Assembly (NCBI GenBank): GCA_018710805.1
Contig: DVJG01000199.1
Coordinates: 1-35,645 of the forward strand
Origin: Candidatus Faecousia faecipullorum
GTDB lineage: Bacteria > Bacillota > Clostridia > Oscillospirales > Oscillospiraceae
Length of the DNA: 35,645 nucleotides
Reading direction: 5' to 3'
Under the pieces are notes generated by a model. That model made no database searches. It worked only from the letters and a program-made list of their open reading frames with translations, and was not told where the DNA came from. Position numbers and translations under genes: made by a program. Of this stretch, positions 35,487-35,645 are shown one piece after another. Position 1 is the first letter of the stretch; each line of letters begins with the position of its first letter.

Positions 35487-35645
35487 TTATTCCCGATTTT
35501 CCAATATCTCTCCCAGGACTTCCAGGGCTTTTTGCAGGTCCTCTTCTTTGAGGGAGGCGTAGTTCACAACCAAGGTCTGGCGGTCCCCGGAGGCGTCGTG
35601 GTAGTATTCGCTGAGGGCCCGGACCCGGACCCCCCGGCGGCGGAG
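35487..35645 (-). CDS. C-terminus of a MocR/GabR-family (PLP-dependent aminotransferase-like) regulator, partial
   Basis: ...GVRVRALSEYY...LVVNYASLKEEDLQKALEVLGEILENRE*. Confidence 0.65.
   Translation of the reverse strand, partial: LRRRGVRVRALSEYYHDASGDRQTLVVNYASLKEEDLQKALEVLGEILENRE

Overview
Genomic window from a high-GC Clostridia-class Firmicute (probably Oscillospiraceae-like; inferred from gene content and signals). Positions 1 to ~18010 are the right part of an integrative mobilizable element inserted at the 3' end of lysS. It carries a P4-type primase start, a CHC2 zinc-finger protein, a DUF6076 plus sigma-like gene pair behind a LexA-box promoter, a pMV158-type (MOBV) oriT with a hairpin array, a ~12.4 kb sugar uptake/sensing/catabolism cargo, TnpV, two DUF6462 genes, integrase arm-type repeats and tandem NrdR-like boxes. 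Positions ~18014-35645 are host chromosome: lysS, greA, Nudix, DAG kinase, MoxR-DUF58-transglutaminase, a ParB-like/BMP fusion with a metallophosphoesterase, DUF2461-dapA-dapB-dapF, a nickel module (CooT, His-rich protein, InrS-like repressor), a PdaA-like deacetylase, a catalytically degenerate ADP-ribosylglycohydrolase and the end of a MocR regulator. The most striking unexplained signal is a ~165-nt rod-shaped element present twice (32482-32644 +, 35277-35443 -). Each copy starts just after a TATAAT box and fills the 5' UTR of an unrelated gene, with conserved loops and compensatory base changes in the stems. All family assignments are from recognition of motifs, not from database searches.
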